Assembly: GCA_973895155.1 (NCBI GenBank)
Contig: OZ316891.1
Coordinates: 17,420,095 to 17,484,094, forward strand
From: Marsupella aquatica
Taxonomy: Eukaryota > Plantae > Marchantiophyta
Reading direction: 5' to 3'
DNA: 64,000 bases
Positions 1 to 11,370 of the stretch are shown piece after piece (the stretch's first letter is position 1; every line of letters begins with the position of its first letter). Below the pieces are notes generated by a model. The model had not been told where the DNA came from and did no database searches. It saw only the letters and a list, made by a program, of their open reading frames with translations. Position numbers and translations under genes: made by a program.

Positions 1-425
1 ATTCGATATTAAAGTGTCCAATACCCTCTGTAAACCAGGGCCGTGACAGGAAACTTTACTCTCTGTTTATCAAGAATTGGAGTAGGCACAATAAAGAGGT
101 GATCCATGGTCTCCAACCACCACAAGTCTCGAGACTTACACGAATATGAATGGTTGACAAAACTATGTACACATCCGCTTTGACACTCTTGGCTTGCTCT
201 CTCGGTTTACTCTCTTAGTTTGCTCTCTGACGAAGTGGCCTGACCCCATTACTCCCATGCTTCCTTCGGGAGAGAGATCCTATTACTCGTGTTCGTCCAT
301 ACTCCTAGTCACTTCCCTCACCGGTCTCGCTGTTTAGCTGGTTGTCCGCTCTGGCAAAACAATTCTTGGTTCTAAACAAATGCAATACATCTCTCAAATT
401 GACGTTGATGTGCAGCGTGGAGTAG

Positions 426-2707
426 TTAGTTATTCTCTTCTCTGCCACTCTGCCAGGTCATGTTTTTAACGTGGTGCAAAACACTCTCCACTTCCTCAAT
501 AATCTCCTTGTCAAGTCCGTCGCAGACTTTGTTGTCTAAGACGTCTTTCACAGCTTGAATATTCCTACGGACCTGCAAAAGCAATACACCCATCATACCA
601 GGCGACGACAACATGTCAGCTAAGATGATAGGGGACCGGAAATTCCAAGAGTTCAATTCAATTCAAATTTGGCAACCAGTAACAGATCGAACACTAATAT
701 CCAATTTCAATGTTACCAAGTTTCAGGCGTGTCCGATTCGATTTTTAATATCATTGAAGGAAGAGCAGATCCAAACATAGAATTATTACTGCTCTGCTAG
801 TCCAACTGTTTGATCAACTTTTGTTATCATTCTGCCCTAGGCTGACCAACAACTGAAGCACCTTTCTAAGCTGCACAACAATGCAAACTCTCAAATTGAA
901 GCTGTCCAAGGTTGCTCCTAATCGGTTTGAAATTTGTCCTGACCTAAATCCTAACATAGTTTGTGGCTGAGCTTTCTTTCAATTCACTTTCCTCTGCGTA
1001 CTAGTTGCACAGCTACTTAACCAATTTCCCTGCAAAATCATTTTGCCCAGAGATTCTCACTTGAGGACGCACTCAGGGACCACGATCATTATCAGAGAAT
1101 AACGAGGGAGCACCTGTTCAACGGAACACATCCCCACTATGGTTGTCGATATTTCAGGGTTGCTCACAGCAAATTGAAGTGCCAGCTTAGAGATGCTTTT
1201 CCCCTTACTCCCACAGAGAGCAGCTGCAGACGCAGAAGCATTCTGGAAATAGAAAATACCAACGTCAGTAATTAACGGCTACCGACGTGGCAATGCTCCT
1301 GCAGCCTATTAATTTGCTAGCAAAAAGCAGGACTTCATTAATGAAGTTTAATTCACACCGAATATGCAAATAAAAAAAGTCGGAAACCTAATTTAATGCT
1401 TGGAAAATACTCAACAAAAAATCGCACTTCCAACAAGACAAAAGAGAGTTACAACGCTTCAACCCAAACAACGCCTTAAGTTACAACACAGTTTTGGATT
1501 GGAACTGCGCTTGACCACAGGTCGACTAGGCTGCGTACAATAGCGTGAAAACTAAAAAAAAATCAAATTTAACGACGGTACAGGCATTTGAGGGGTTCAA
1601 AGTAACCTTCAATTTCTGTGGAGCAGGATGCCAATCAGGGGGTCCCTGATCTGTCAACAACCCCATTGACAGTGGAGAAGCACTGATGACACCCACACCT
1701 TTGCTCTTCAGATATGGAAGAGAATTCGCCAACGAGACATCATTCAAGCTGTAGTGACAGTACGAGAGAACCACGCTGATGGTCCCTGGAGGGACCCGAT
1801 CCAGTACATAGTGGAATATTTTCAAAGGAAGGCCTGTGATACCAATGAACCTCACTTTGCCAGTCTCTTTGAGCTTGTTCAAGGCAGGAATTGTTTCTGT
1901 GATAATCTGTCACATAGGTGCTCAGTAAGCAATAAATCTACTAGATTGCAATGAGGTTATTTACTTACGCGAAACACTCTTAAAAAACGAAGCGAAAGCG
2001 TTGAGAGATGAGTAGGAGTTGGCAGGAGTTTTCGGAGGTTAGAGCTGGGTAGTAGGACGAAATACCTGATCAAGAGATCCAAACTCAATATCATGGCACT
2101 GGATGATGTCAATATAATCGACATTCAAGCGCTTCAGGCTCTCATCAACACTTGCAACGACGCGGTCCGCAGAGAAGTCAAAGCCCTCGCCGTAGCGTCC
2201 ACACTTTGTAGATATGACAAGCTTCTCCCTTGGAAACGAGAGAGTCTTCAGGGCTTTACCTAGTGCCTTCTCAGCGAGTGTGTCGCCATAATACCTGAAT
2301 AAGGAGCAGAAATCCCAGGTCTAGGTGTTGTGAAGGGAGGTCGTTGAAAACATAGCTACATTTTTCGTCGAAGCTTAGATCTTTCCATTCGTCACGACCA
2401 AATCATCACATCTCTTAATCACAAAATACAAGTTCTTTTTCTACCAATCCATCAGAAATTTAAAATTTATAAATAAAAAATGGTCAGATAGCTGTTTTAT
2501 TTTAACTTACGGAGAAACGTCGAAGAAGTTTATGCCCAGGCGAACGGCTTCATGCACGGACGCTATGGCTGCCTGTTCGGTGACGGGACCAAACACCCCG
2601 CCGAGAGGTGAAGCGCCGAACCCCAAGGGGCTCACCTTCAGTCCCGTGCTTCCCAGCTCCCTCAATCCCAAACCTCCGTCGAGCGGTTCCCCCAGTGGCT
2701 CCACCAT
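426..2707 (-). CDS. GalDH: L-galactose dehydrogenase (aldo/keto reductase family, ascorbate biosynthesis); exons 2707-2511, 2294-2066, 1906-1607, 1242-1114, 572-426
   Basis: Spliced translation with GT-AG junctions in phase: LRELGSTGLKVSPLGFGASPLGGVF...LGINFFDVSP|YYGDTLAEKALGKAL...STKCGRYGEGFDFSA...QCHDIEFGSLDQ|IITETIPAL...GKVRFIGITGLPL...GVISASPLSMGLLT..GPPDWHPAP...KNMTWQSG. These are the characteristic plant L-GalDH motifs. Confidence 0.93.
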
Positions 2708-3514
2708 TTCTCCACCACTGAATCCCGCCCCGCAGACGAAGAACAGGCTAAACCCGCCTCAAGAATTAATCACTCCCGCTCACTCTATCTCCCATCAAAA
2801 ATCTCAGTGAAAGTGCGATCACTGAACGTTGTAGCGGCGGCAAAAGTAGCTTAGGAACAACACTCAGTGGAATCTTTGGGATCATGATAACTGGGCAAAA
2901 CTACGCCGGCCTCTTCGAATGGCTTCTTATGTTTTTGGTTGATGTGTCTGCTCATGTGCGCGAGACGTTTAGCCTATCAAACATACACAACAGCAGCGAA
3001 AATGTGGAGAACGATCAGGCACACAAAGAAGGAGAAGAAATGTGCTGGAAAGAAGAATAGATATCGTCTGTATCAGGAAAAGAAACAGCCGTGTGACAAC
3101 GTAGAGATTGACTTCACTTGTTCCGGACATCCGCAGGGTCCGAAAGAGTCAGCATCTCGGGACCCAAGGAATAATTCTGGCGTGTAACAAGGAGGGCTAC
3201 GTACCGACGAAATCGACGAGCTTATCCATGGGAAGCACTGAAACACATTGTCAACAAGACAGCTTGCACGCCGAGCTAACCTCCTCTCGAATCCTCTCGA
3301 GTCCAGGGTCTCGAACTGATCCAATCTACCCTCTCGCCCCCTCTCACTCACTCTCTCGCCTAGCTGTGTCACTGTGTGTCCTCGACCCCGTCTTCTCCGC
3401 TTTGCACTAACGGAGCAACCACCCCCGCCCTGCCACGCGGGAGCAGAAAGTGTTGGCCACATTAATTACACATCAATTTATGACATATAGTGTGTACGAT
3501 ATCTCGAAATCGCA

Positions 3515-3610
3515 CCATACTATGTTACGGTGTATCAGATCCCTCCATAATATGTTACGGTGTATGACATCCCTCCATACTATGTTATGGTGTATGACAT
3601 CCCTCCATAT
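3515..3610. repeat. 30-bp tandem repeat, ~3.2 copies
   Basis: Unit TATGTTA(C/T)GGTGTAT(G/C)A(C/G)ATCCCTCCATA(A/C/T) starting at 3521, 3551 and 3581. Confidence 0.9.
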
Positions 3611-3634
3611 GAAACTAGCTCCATGTTTACACAA

Positions 3635-4105
3635 AAGATAATGAGATAAGAAAAAGATGTTGAAACAAAAAAGATGTACAATAAATAAGAGAAAAAGATA
3701 TCGGGGTGAGAAAGAGATGTGAGGGACAGAAACTATGATGAGATGAGGAAAAGATGTAAAGATTAAAAAAGATGTTGAGGGTGAGGGAAAGATGTCATGG
3801 TGAGATAAAGATGTCAAGATGAGAAAAAGATAACTATATAAGAAAATGATAAGATACCAAGGTGAGAAAAGTATGTTGAGGTGAAGAAAAGATCTTGATA
3901 AGAGTAAAAGATATCAGGGAGAGAAAAAGATATCGAGGGGAGAAAAGATGTCAAGTGAAGAAAAATGTCATGGTGAGATAAAGAAATAAATGTGAAAAAA
4001 AGATGGCAAAATGAGAAAATGGTGTCAAGGCAATAAAAAGATTTTGAAGAGCAATCAATATGAAAATATTTGAAAAATATGTGAAGGTGAGAAAGATGCT
4101 AAGGC
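3635..4105. repeat. Degenerate purine-rich minisatellite (~20-bp GAGAAAAAGATGTCAAGGT-like units)
   Basis: Recurrent AAAGATGT/AAAGATAT and GGTGAGA motifs with strong A/G strand bias. Confidence 0.65.
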
Positions 4106-4424
4106 TAAGCATATAAAAGAACTTTGTCATGTAATTGTTGAGGTATGTTGTGAGAGATCCCTACCATACAATTGTTGGCCAGGCTTTATTTTAAATGGTG
4201 TTTATGGTACCATGTCAAAAAAACAACGCTTTGATTAAGGTTTAAGATTGATTCCCATTTTTATGAGTTTGTAAAACAATTATCCCATCTTTTTGGTCGA
4301 ATAGGGTATTATATGGGGACACTCCTTCCCCCTTTTCATTAACTCAAAGATACATTAATTTATTTTTTTTAATTTAGATTTTTAAGAAAGAATAAAAAAA
4401 CAAAGCTGCATAAATTCCTTACCG

Positions 4425-4427
<3 letters not shown>

Positions 4428-4477
<50 letters not shown>
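4428..4477. repeat. (TA)n microsatellite, ~25 units
   Basis: Uninterrupted TA run. Confidence 0.98.
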
Positions 4478-4479
<2 letters not shown>

Positions 4480-5818
4480 TTCACAATACACACCCATTCT
4501 GAAGCTAAATTTAGATTTTAATGTATCTTTGAGTATTACTAATTATACATCTACTTTTTGTCTTTAATATGTAATGATTGAGTCCACTATTAAATATTCA
4601 TATGTGAAAAACATTCTGCACTTCTTAACTTGTGTGTTCAGTCACAATTATTATCACCTAGATACTTTATTGTCTTGTTTGTTTGGTTACACTCATTTCT
4701 AGATGATCAAAGGTGGAAATAAATTATAACATAAATCCAATGGTAAGCCAATGTTAACACCAAATCTCATTTTGTAAAGGGGATTCAGTATTATGGTTGT
4801 AGATTTAGTTGTTTTCTTTAAAGCATTATGGTTGTAGATTTAATTATTTTCTTTAAATCAACGAGTGACCACATTTTGATGTGTGATTAAGTGCAGGGAA
4901 AAGTGTTGATTCCATTCGACCTGCCCTCGCCATCCTGGGCTGCAGGGTTACTTTAATCAACAATTTTAATATTTTTGCAAAAAACCACAACCCCCCAAAA
5001 GCAGGCTAGAACTAATGAACATCTTCCTTGTAATCCTTGTGTGTCGGCTAGAACTAATGAACACCACTATACAGAGGATGCAGAATTTGAAAAGATAGAG
5101 GATGCAAAATTTGAAAAGATGGCCGTTAACTAAAGGTGATTTTAACAGGGTTATCTGCTCACATTGACTTTGCATGGGTTCTTTGATAAAATGGGCCAAG
5201 CGTTAATGGGATGCTAAAATTGTTTGAGTATGAGCATAGGTCAGCTGCTAGAATTAGGCTAACTTGGGATCTGTAATGAAATTAGCCTAGCATGTATTTG
5301 CTACTAAAGTTTGTTGAGCACGGGGTCAGAAATGTATTGGTCCATTTCTAAAATTTATGTTTATTTGTTTCTATTTTGAACTGTCACTTGATTGCAAAAC
5401 ACATACAGCTACTTTAACCGGTTAGATGCTGAGTTATCTACATTGTTTACCATAATTAGTGTCATAACTTATATAGTCTCCCTGCATAAATAATATCACA
5501 CACACTAATAAGGGTGTGACTACAAATCTGAAAAATATATATATATTAGTACAAGTAAAGAGTTCAGTCTATTGTCATTCCTTCTAATTTGATTTTGATT
5601 GTATTTATAACCTGGTTTTCATTTCATCATACTTTAATAAAATCTGATTTTCAATTGACATTCATTTTTAATTTTATATGCCATTACAAATATATCTTAC
5701 TACTAAAAATATTTGTACTTTTCATAAGCTATATACATAATATGTGTTCATCACACACTATTTGAGTGTGACTAAAAATAATCTCACTTACTCTAATTTA
5801 GAATAATATATATTTAGT

Positions 5819-5827
5819 CTCACTTCT
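5819..5827. other. Left 9-bp target site duplication CTCACTTCT
   Basis: Identical to 15849-15857; 9 bp is the typical Mutator TSD length. Confidence 0.93.
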
Positions 5828-6144
5828 ATTAAGCACGAGACTCAATCTCGATGCACATTGATGGCCCCTAATCGTATGCTAATGCCATTAGCAGGTTTCG
5901 GGCAGTTTAGGGTGACACGAAGCCTGCCCCAACAGGGACACCCTTGAAGGCGCCCCTGCACCTCCGCTCACGCCAGGCCCTGCGCCCACGCCTCATGGCC
6001 CCCGACCCTCAACCCAAAGGCCCTGCGCCTGCGCCTCATGGCCCCCGACCCTGAACCTAAAGGCCCTGCTTCCCGTCGCGACGCAACACCCCGGCCCGTC
6101 GCCACACAACACAAAAATACGCCCTTCCCTATGCTTTCAAACAT
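5828..6144 (+). repeat. Left terminal inverted repeat (~317 bp)
   Basis: Matches the reverse complement of 15480-15848, with 7 mismatches in the outer 248 bp by manual alignment. Contains a 43-bp tandem repeat and a palindrome TGCTAATG-C-CATTAGCA. Confidence 0.93.
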
Positions 6145-6281
6145 CGGCGACTATGACCCCCTAGTTGCAGTCTCGGTTTAGGGTCGACAACAAGGCGGAC
6201 CGCATATCTTCTACGCAGATTGTTCGCAGCAAGGGCGGTGACAGATTGGAAACCCAGGCAAGTCAATCATCTGCGAGTGAA

Positions 6282-7142
6282 ATGACTACTTTGACTGATG
6301 TTCATCGTGCTGTTCAGGACAGACATACGCTGCTCGTGGGTCCAATGCAGGTCCGAATTCTTAATTTTGCAGCTCCGAACCCGTTTCCAAGGAAGTTTAC
6401 TTACCGTGGATGCACTCAGAGAACCGTCGGAGGAATGTGTAAGGTTTCCATTGAAGGACCGGATCATAAGCATTGCCTGCACGATTCTCGGGAGAATGGA
6501 AATTATGTGCACATGTTTCATTTTCAGCTCATTGTCTTAGATGACACTTTACAAATGAACTGTCGCACACCTGCATTACGTGCTTCTATTTGGGATGCAG
6601 CGACTAATTTATTGCAGACGTCTGCACCCGAATTGGCTGCTATGGATGCCGCTGACCAATAGTTGTTGGTGCACGAATGTATTAAGGACTTGCCGGTTGT
6701 CAATGTTACAATCAGGGTGCAACAGGGTTTTGCTCATCTGCAGGAGCTTGAAATCATTTCCGCCCAGAGCATTATGGCACACAGCCGTATTTGGCAGCCA
6801 TCGTTGACGCCCAGGCGCGGTGTGCAACGGAGCACTCCAGCAAAAGCAAGGGTCACGTCGCCTGCAATCATCCCAGCTAGTCCTCTTGAAATTACTCCAC
6901 CACGGGTGGTTGTTCCCACAACATCGTCTCTTGCGCAAGCTACAAGCTCCAAGGAAGGCACACAGTACAAGACAGGCTCATCGCCATTGCTAGAGACATC
7001 TGAAGGCGCCAGTGGAGTATATGATGAATCTCGCAACGAGGCTGTTGATGACAATGGGAATATGACGTCTATTGTTAAGCGACTAGCAGATGCCTTCAGT
7101 GCATCACTAGATTTGTACTCGTCTCGCCGCTCAAAACAGTAG
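6282..7142 (+). pseudogene. Transposon-borne ORF resembling the RPA70/RPA1 C-terminal zinc-binding OB fold (DBD-C), plus an S/T/P-rich tail; one in-frame stop at 6660-6662
   Basis: ORFs 6165-6662 and 6663-7142 are in the same frame and separated by a single TAG. The sequence FTYRGC-x8-CKVSI...HCLH...MFHFQLIVLDDT...ASIWDAATNLLQTSAPELAAM follows the RPA1 DBD-C pattern YxAC..C.KKV...C..C...Y.L...I.D.T....F.....LLG..A.EL. Recognised by eye only. Confidence 0.6.
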
Positions 7143-7502
7143 ATTATCCATAGACAGCATAGTGTTTTGCTACAGTGGTTGTTCTCTGGTGATATTTTGG
7201 CCTTAAACCCTTCGCCTCGTTTTGCCCACAATGTAATGGAGCCCGCTCTTCATGCGAGCAGTACATGAATACTGAAATTGGTTCATGTTTCCCTGGATCC
7301 AAAATTGGTTCATGTTTCCCTGGATTTGTACAACGCTTACTCTATTGCAAACAAATACATGTGTGACTATCTTTGGTTTAGGCTTACGTACTGTAGATAA
7401 AAGAGTTTCACAAATATGTTTCACCCGTCGTGGGAACTGACTCATTTTGGTTTGCGGTTGACTGGCAGGATAAGGCGTTGTTTTACTGAAATATCCCGTC
7501 CA

Positions 7503-10500
7503 ATGATGGGTACCACTAAGAAGAACAAGCAGGTAGTACTAAGCAGCACAGCTTACGCTAATGCCACATTTCACATTCCTCTAGTGAGCATTACATTAGG
7601 GTAATGTCAGTGCTGGTTTTGTGGAGTACAGTTACCATGCCATTGTACACGCACATTACAAGGGAGTCATATACTCCACTGGCGCACATTAGGGTAATGC
7701 AATATCTTAGTTAGTGTCTGTTCCTAATGTTCACAGCCCCAACCTCATTACTGCATGTCGCGTTTGTTTTGCAGCTTCTACTTGCCCGAACATGTCGCAT
7801 GCAGGGGGACGATGTGGCTCAGGACATCACATTTGATACGCCGCCAACTCGGAAGTCTACCCTACGGCAAAACAAGTCAAAAGTTTCGTTGAAAGAGCCC
7901 GAAACAGAAACCAAGTCGGAAGAAGATATTTTGCCTCCTTCTAAGCCTAGGAGACCTCACGTCGTTCTTCGGTCAAGTTACCATCCTTGAAGTCTGCGGC
8001 CGCTGACAAAGCACCTCATACCCGGGTTACTCGGCAAAGTATGTATAAGGGTAGACACAATGAAGGCCGAAGAATAGCGTCTACTTCAAGGGCCCACGCC
8101 AAGAAGGCGTCAAAGGATTGCATTGACAACGATGTCATGCAAATAACTTCTGAAGGTGATGATTCAGAAGAGTTTCCAGACAATAGCGAAACGGAACATG
8201 GAGGACCGATCTCATGGAGAACTGCATACAAGGTTGATTCAACTAAGGTGAATTCTTTATGGATTGTGGGACCCAATGTTGGGCTTCACTTCACTTTTCA
8301 AATTGTCTGGCGCTATCCAATTATGCCATGACACCACCCTGCCATGCCTTAGATAATTCATTGCAGGTAGCAAAGCAGAAGTTTCAACATGGCACTGCAG
8401 TGGAGGGCGAGCATTATACCTTGTTTGCAAACGCAGTGGTTTGCAAAGTTGCACCTTGCAGAAATCGAGTTTTTAAAATAGAGAGGACCTTTGGCAACCA
8501 TGTATTCAAAAAGCATGGGCTGATATCAACTAGGACTTCTATGTCCTTGTATGCCCTTGACAGCGAGTCCAAACAAAGACGTCAAGTCTACAATGCAAGG
8601 AGGAGGAAGCAGCCAGGCGCGATTGTCTGCACTTCATACTATGAGACCAGGGGATCCATGAGAGCTAGGTGGAGCCAAGCAAAGTATAGGATGAGGTAAA
8701 TCTGACTCAAATTACTCATCCAACAAAGTGTACAATGTCAGCTGTGTAACATTTCCGACATGATCTACACTAATGTCATTCTCGACTTGTGTAAGATGCA
8801 TTTCTGACATGAATCGCTCTATTGCCATTCTGGATTTGCTTCTCATGCACGGCCAGTATATTCAAACGCTGGGTGACTAATTTTGAAGAGAACCTCCTCA
8901 AACATCCTCGTCCAATTGTGACAGAGGAAGGATTACTCATTACCCTGTTGAAGCATGTCATGCCTAGTCTTGGTTACGACCCTTGGAATAGTTTGTTGAT
9001 AGTGAAAGATTTCTCTCAAGTAGTGGAGTTGTTGTCTTTATGCCAGTGAAGTGCTTCTGTTGGTGCTTGGACTGATACGTTGTTGAAGGAAATTGAGGCA
9101 GGGTTACTTTGTCATTTGGACAAACACAACCTTGCGACACTGCATTCTGCAGGGACTGTGCTTGGCGCAATATTTTCTAGTCAGTCAGCCACGGCTACTC
9201 ATGCTCCACACCTCACAGTTGCATTGGCAACACATAGAGCATCTATTTGTGATGATGCAATTCGTTGGCTTAAAAAAAAAAAGGACGTTCTGGTATGGGA
9301 AACCAAGCACGGATGGGGTCTGTACGAGGTGAAGGCCGAGCATGAGTACCAATCATGGAAAGCTAAGGCAAAAGCGAAGAGTTGCGCTACAACTCTGGGT
9401 AATCTTGTGAAGTCATACTCGGCGTTCAAGGGATGCACAGATGCAGAGGCTAGATTGCAAGTATGAATCCTTCAATTTTTTCATCCACCTTTTTCATTCA
9501 AGTTGCCTTATCTGAATTGGTTCCTTGTATTGCACGACAATCAATCATTCATTGAACTTGCAGGTTGCAAAGGATAGCACCTGGATCGACACTTCAGATG
9601 ATGGTGCACCCGTGGCTAAGGAGAAGACTCGAAAAGCGATACATAACAACAAGGTACAAAACCCAAAAAGAACACATCAAATACCAGCATCACTCGCAAC
9701 TGAAGAAGCCATATCACCCGTGGCAGGTGATGAAGTCCCAGTATTTGATAAATGTGCCCCTGAGTGGCAATTGCCTGACGATCCTGCAACAACTCGGTGG
9801 ATCCTAAAACTAGACCGCCTAGAAGAAGAGTAGGCAAAGTTTAAGTGCAAGATGATGGAGGAACTAGAACTGGCGAAGTTCAAACGCGCAAAGATGGACG
9901 ATGTTATCCAACAGGATGCACTTGCGATTGCAGTTGTTCATCCACGTAGCGACGCCGGTTCTGTACCTGAACGAAATTGGCCATTGTATTTAGACAGTGC
10001 GAATGACACCTTTGAACTACCCGTTGCAAGCAGCGATGATGAATTTAGCCCGCCAGAAGAAAACCGGACAATGGTCCTTCCTCAACAACGGGTTTGGATT
10101 GTTCACTCGGATGGAATAATCAATTGCACTAGGGACATCGATGATTGTGTTCTGCCCGAGGCAAACCAAGGTGGGAATGATGTTGGGAATGATGTGGAGA
10201 ATCATGGCTTGGAATTGGCTCATGACATTCATCATTTTTCTACTTCTGTTGGATTATGCTCGTTGTCACAATTGCCGCTCCAGGACAAACAAGCCAAACT
10301 ATCGGACGCAGTGAGTGAAGGGCTTGCAGCAATGGTCCAGGATAGCTGCATCCCGGAAGATGTTCTTTGTCCTGTGGGGGGGATTCTGCTCTGTCACATG
10401 TTCCACCCTCAATTGTGGTGTCAGAACACCAGCCCCCACCCGATACTACAACATTTCTGGATGGCCTATGTGGTAATTTGCAACCGTTGTCAGCAACTAG

Positions 10501-10732
10501 TCAGGTTCGGAAGATTCTAGATGAAATGGCTGAAGGCATTGACAGTATACTTCGACAATCAATGCTACCCTCGGACATGGAACTTGATCTATTTCCAAGT
10601 TGCTCGGCCTTGTCCTCTGAATGTGGCGAGCTTGTACCTCATGTGGGCAATGCAAATTTGTTGCATGATTGTCCTCAGGATGTCGTGCTTCAACTAGGGA
10701 GCAGTAGTGGTAGTGGTGACAATCATTTCTGA
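7503..10732 (+). pseudogene. Second transposon-borne multi-exon gene of unknown function (basic/acidic low-complexity N-terminus, C2H2-like motif, helical region, acidic C-terminus); disrupted
   Basis: Chained ORFs joined by plausible GT-AG introns (7533-7774, ~8248-8366, ~8696-8796, ~9461-9563). Motif CKVAPC-x13-HVFKKH at ~8443-8516. In-frame stops at 9047-9049 and 9831-9833; apparent frameshifts near 7980, 8860 and 10380. Confidence 0.55.
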
Positions 10733-11370
10733 ACAGTCTCGACGTTCCTTATGCAATCTGCAGAACTGTGCAAATGTTGTACATGGTGCTCTTGGCATAT
10801 ATAAAGCATTTGTAGCTTGATTAACTTTTGACACATGCCATTTTATTCGCAATGTGTTTGTTGGACCTCGTAAAGTGTCATGATACTGTTATCATATTAA
10901 TTAGCAGGGCCAAAACCAATCCGCGCCTCGTGTACAAATCGTGTCTTGCATGCAGTGTTGGAAATTTGTACCAATTCAAGTTGAAAGCTTCTGATTAAAT
11001 GCCCGATTAATTGAGATGCCCCGCCTTATTGTACAGAACAAGAGAAGCCAAGTACCGTAAATATCCATTGTCCCGACTAAGGATCCCAAACCTTTAACAC
11101 TTCGACCCAGTGGATGTACAAGATTGACTAAATCTGGAATGCTCAGCTGGAACATCCTGGTATTCATTTGCGGAATCCATGATGAATTTAGCATAAACCT
11201 CGTATTGCAGTGTGGGACACCGATAGCACATTGATAAAAAAAGGGACCAAAGTAGCGCAGGTACATCATAGAATGAAAATGCCCATAGGACTTTATTGAT
11301 GATTGAAAACCGGATTCAAACATTGTATAATGAAAACTTGCAACATTATGTGCCTTGCTAATGAACTAAA

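Noticed and set aside
3515-3610. CRISPR-like array
   Set aside because: Head-to-tail 30-bp units without unique spacers, no cas genes, and a eukaryotic context.
3462-4890. Second TIR element defined by the inverted 15-mer TTAAT(T/C)ACACATCAA
   Set aside because: Only 14/15 match in AT-rich DNA, with no extension and no TSD found.
6165-10732. Helitron as the explanation for the RPA-like ORF
   Set aside because: No Rep (HUH/Y2) or Pif1 helicase motifs and no obvious TC...hairpin-CTRR ends were seen; the ORF starts directly inside the MULE TIR.
10976-11323. 115-aa minus-strand ORF between the convergent element genes
   Set aside because: No recognisable motif or splice link to the transposase; more likely 3' UTR/terminator region.
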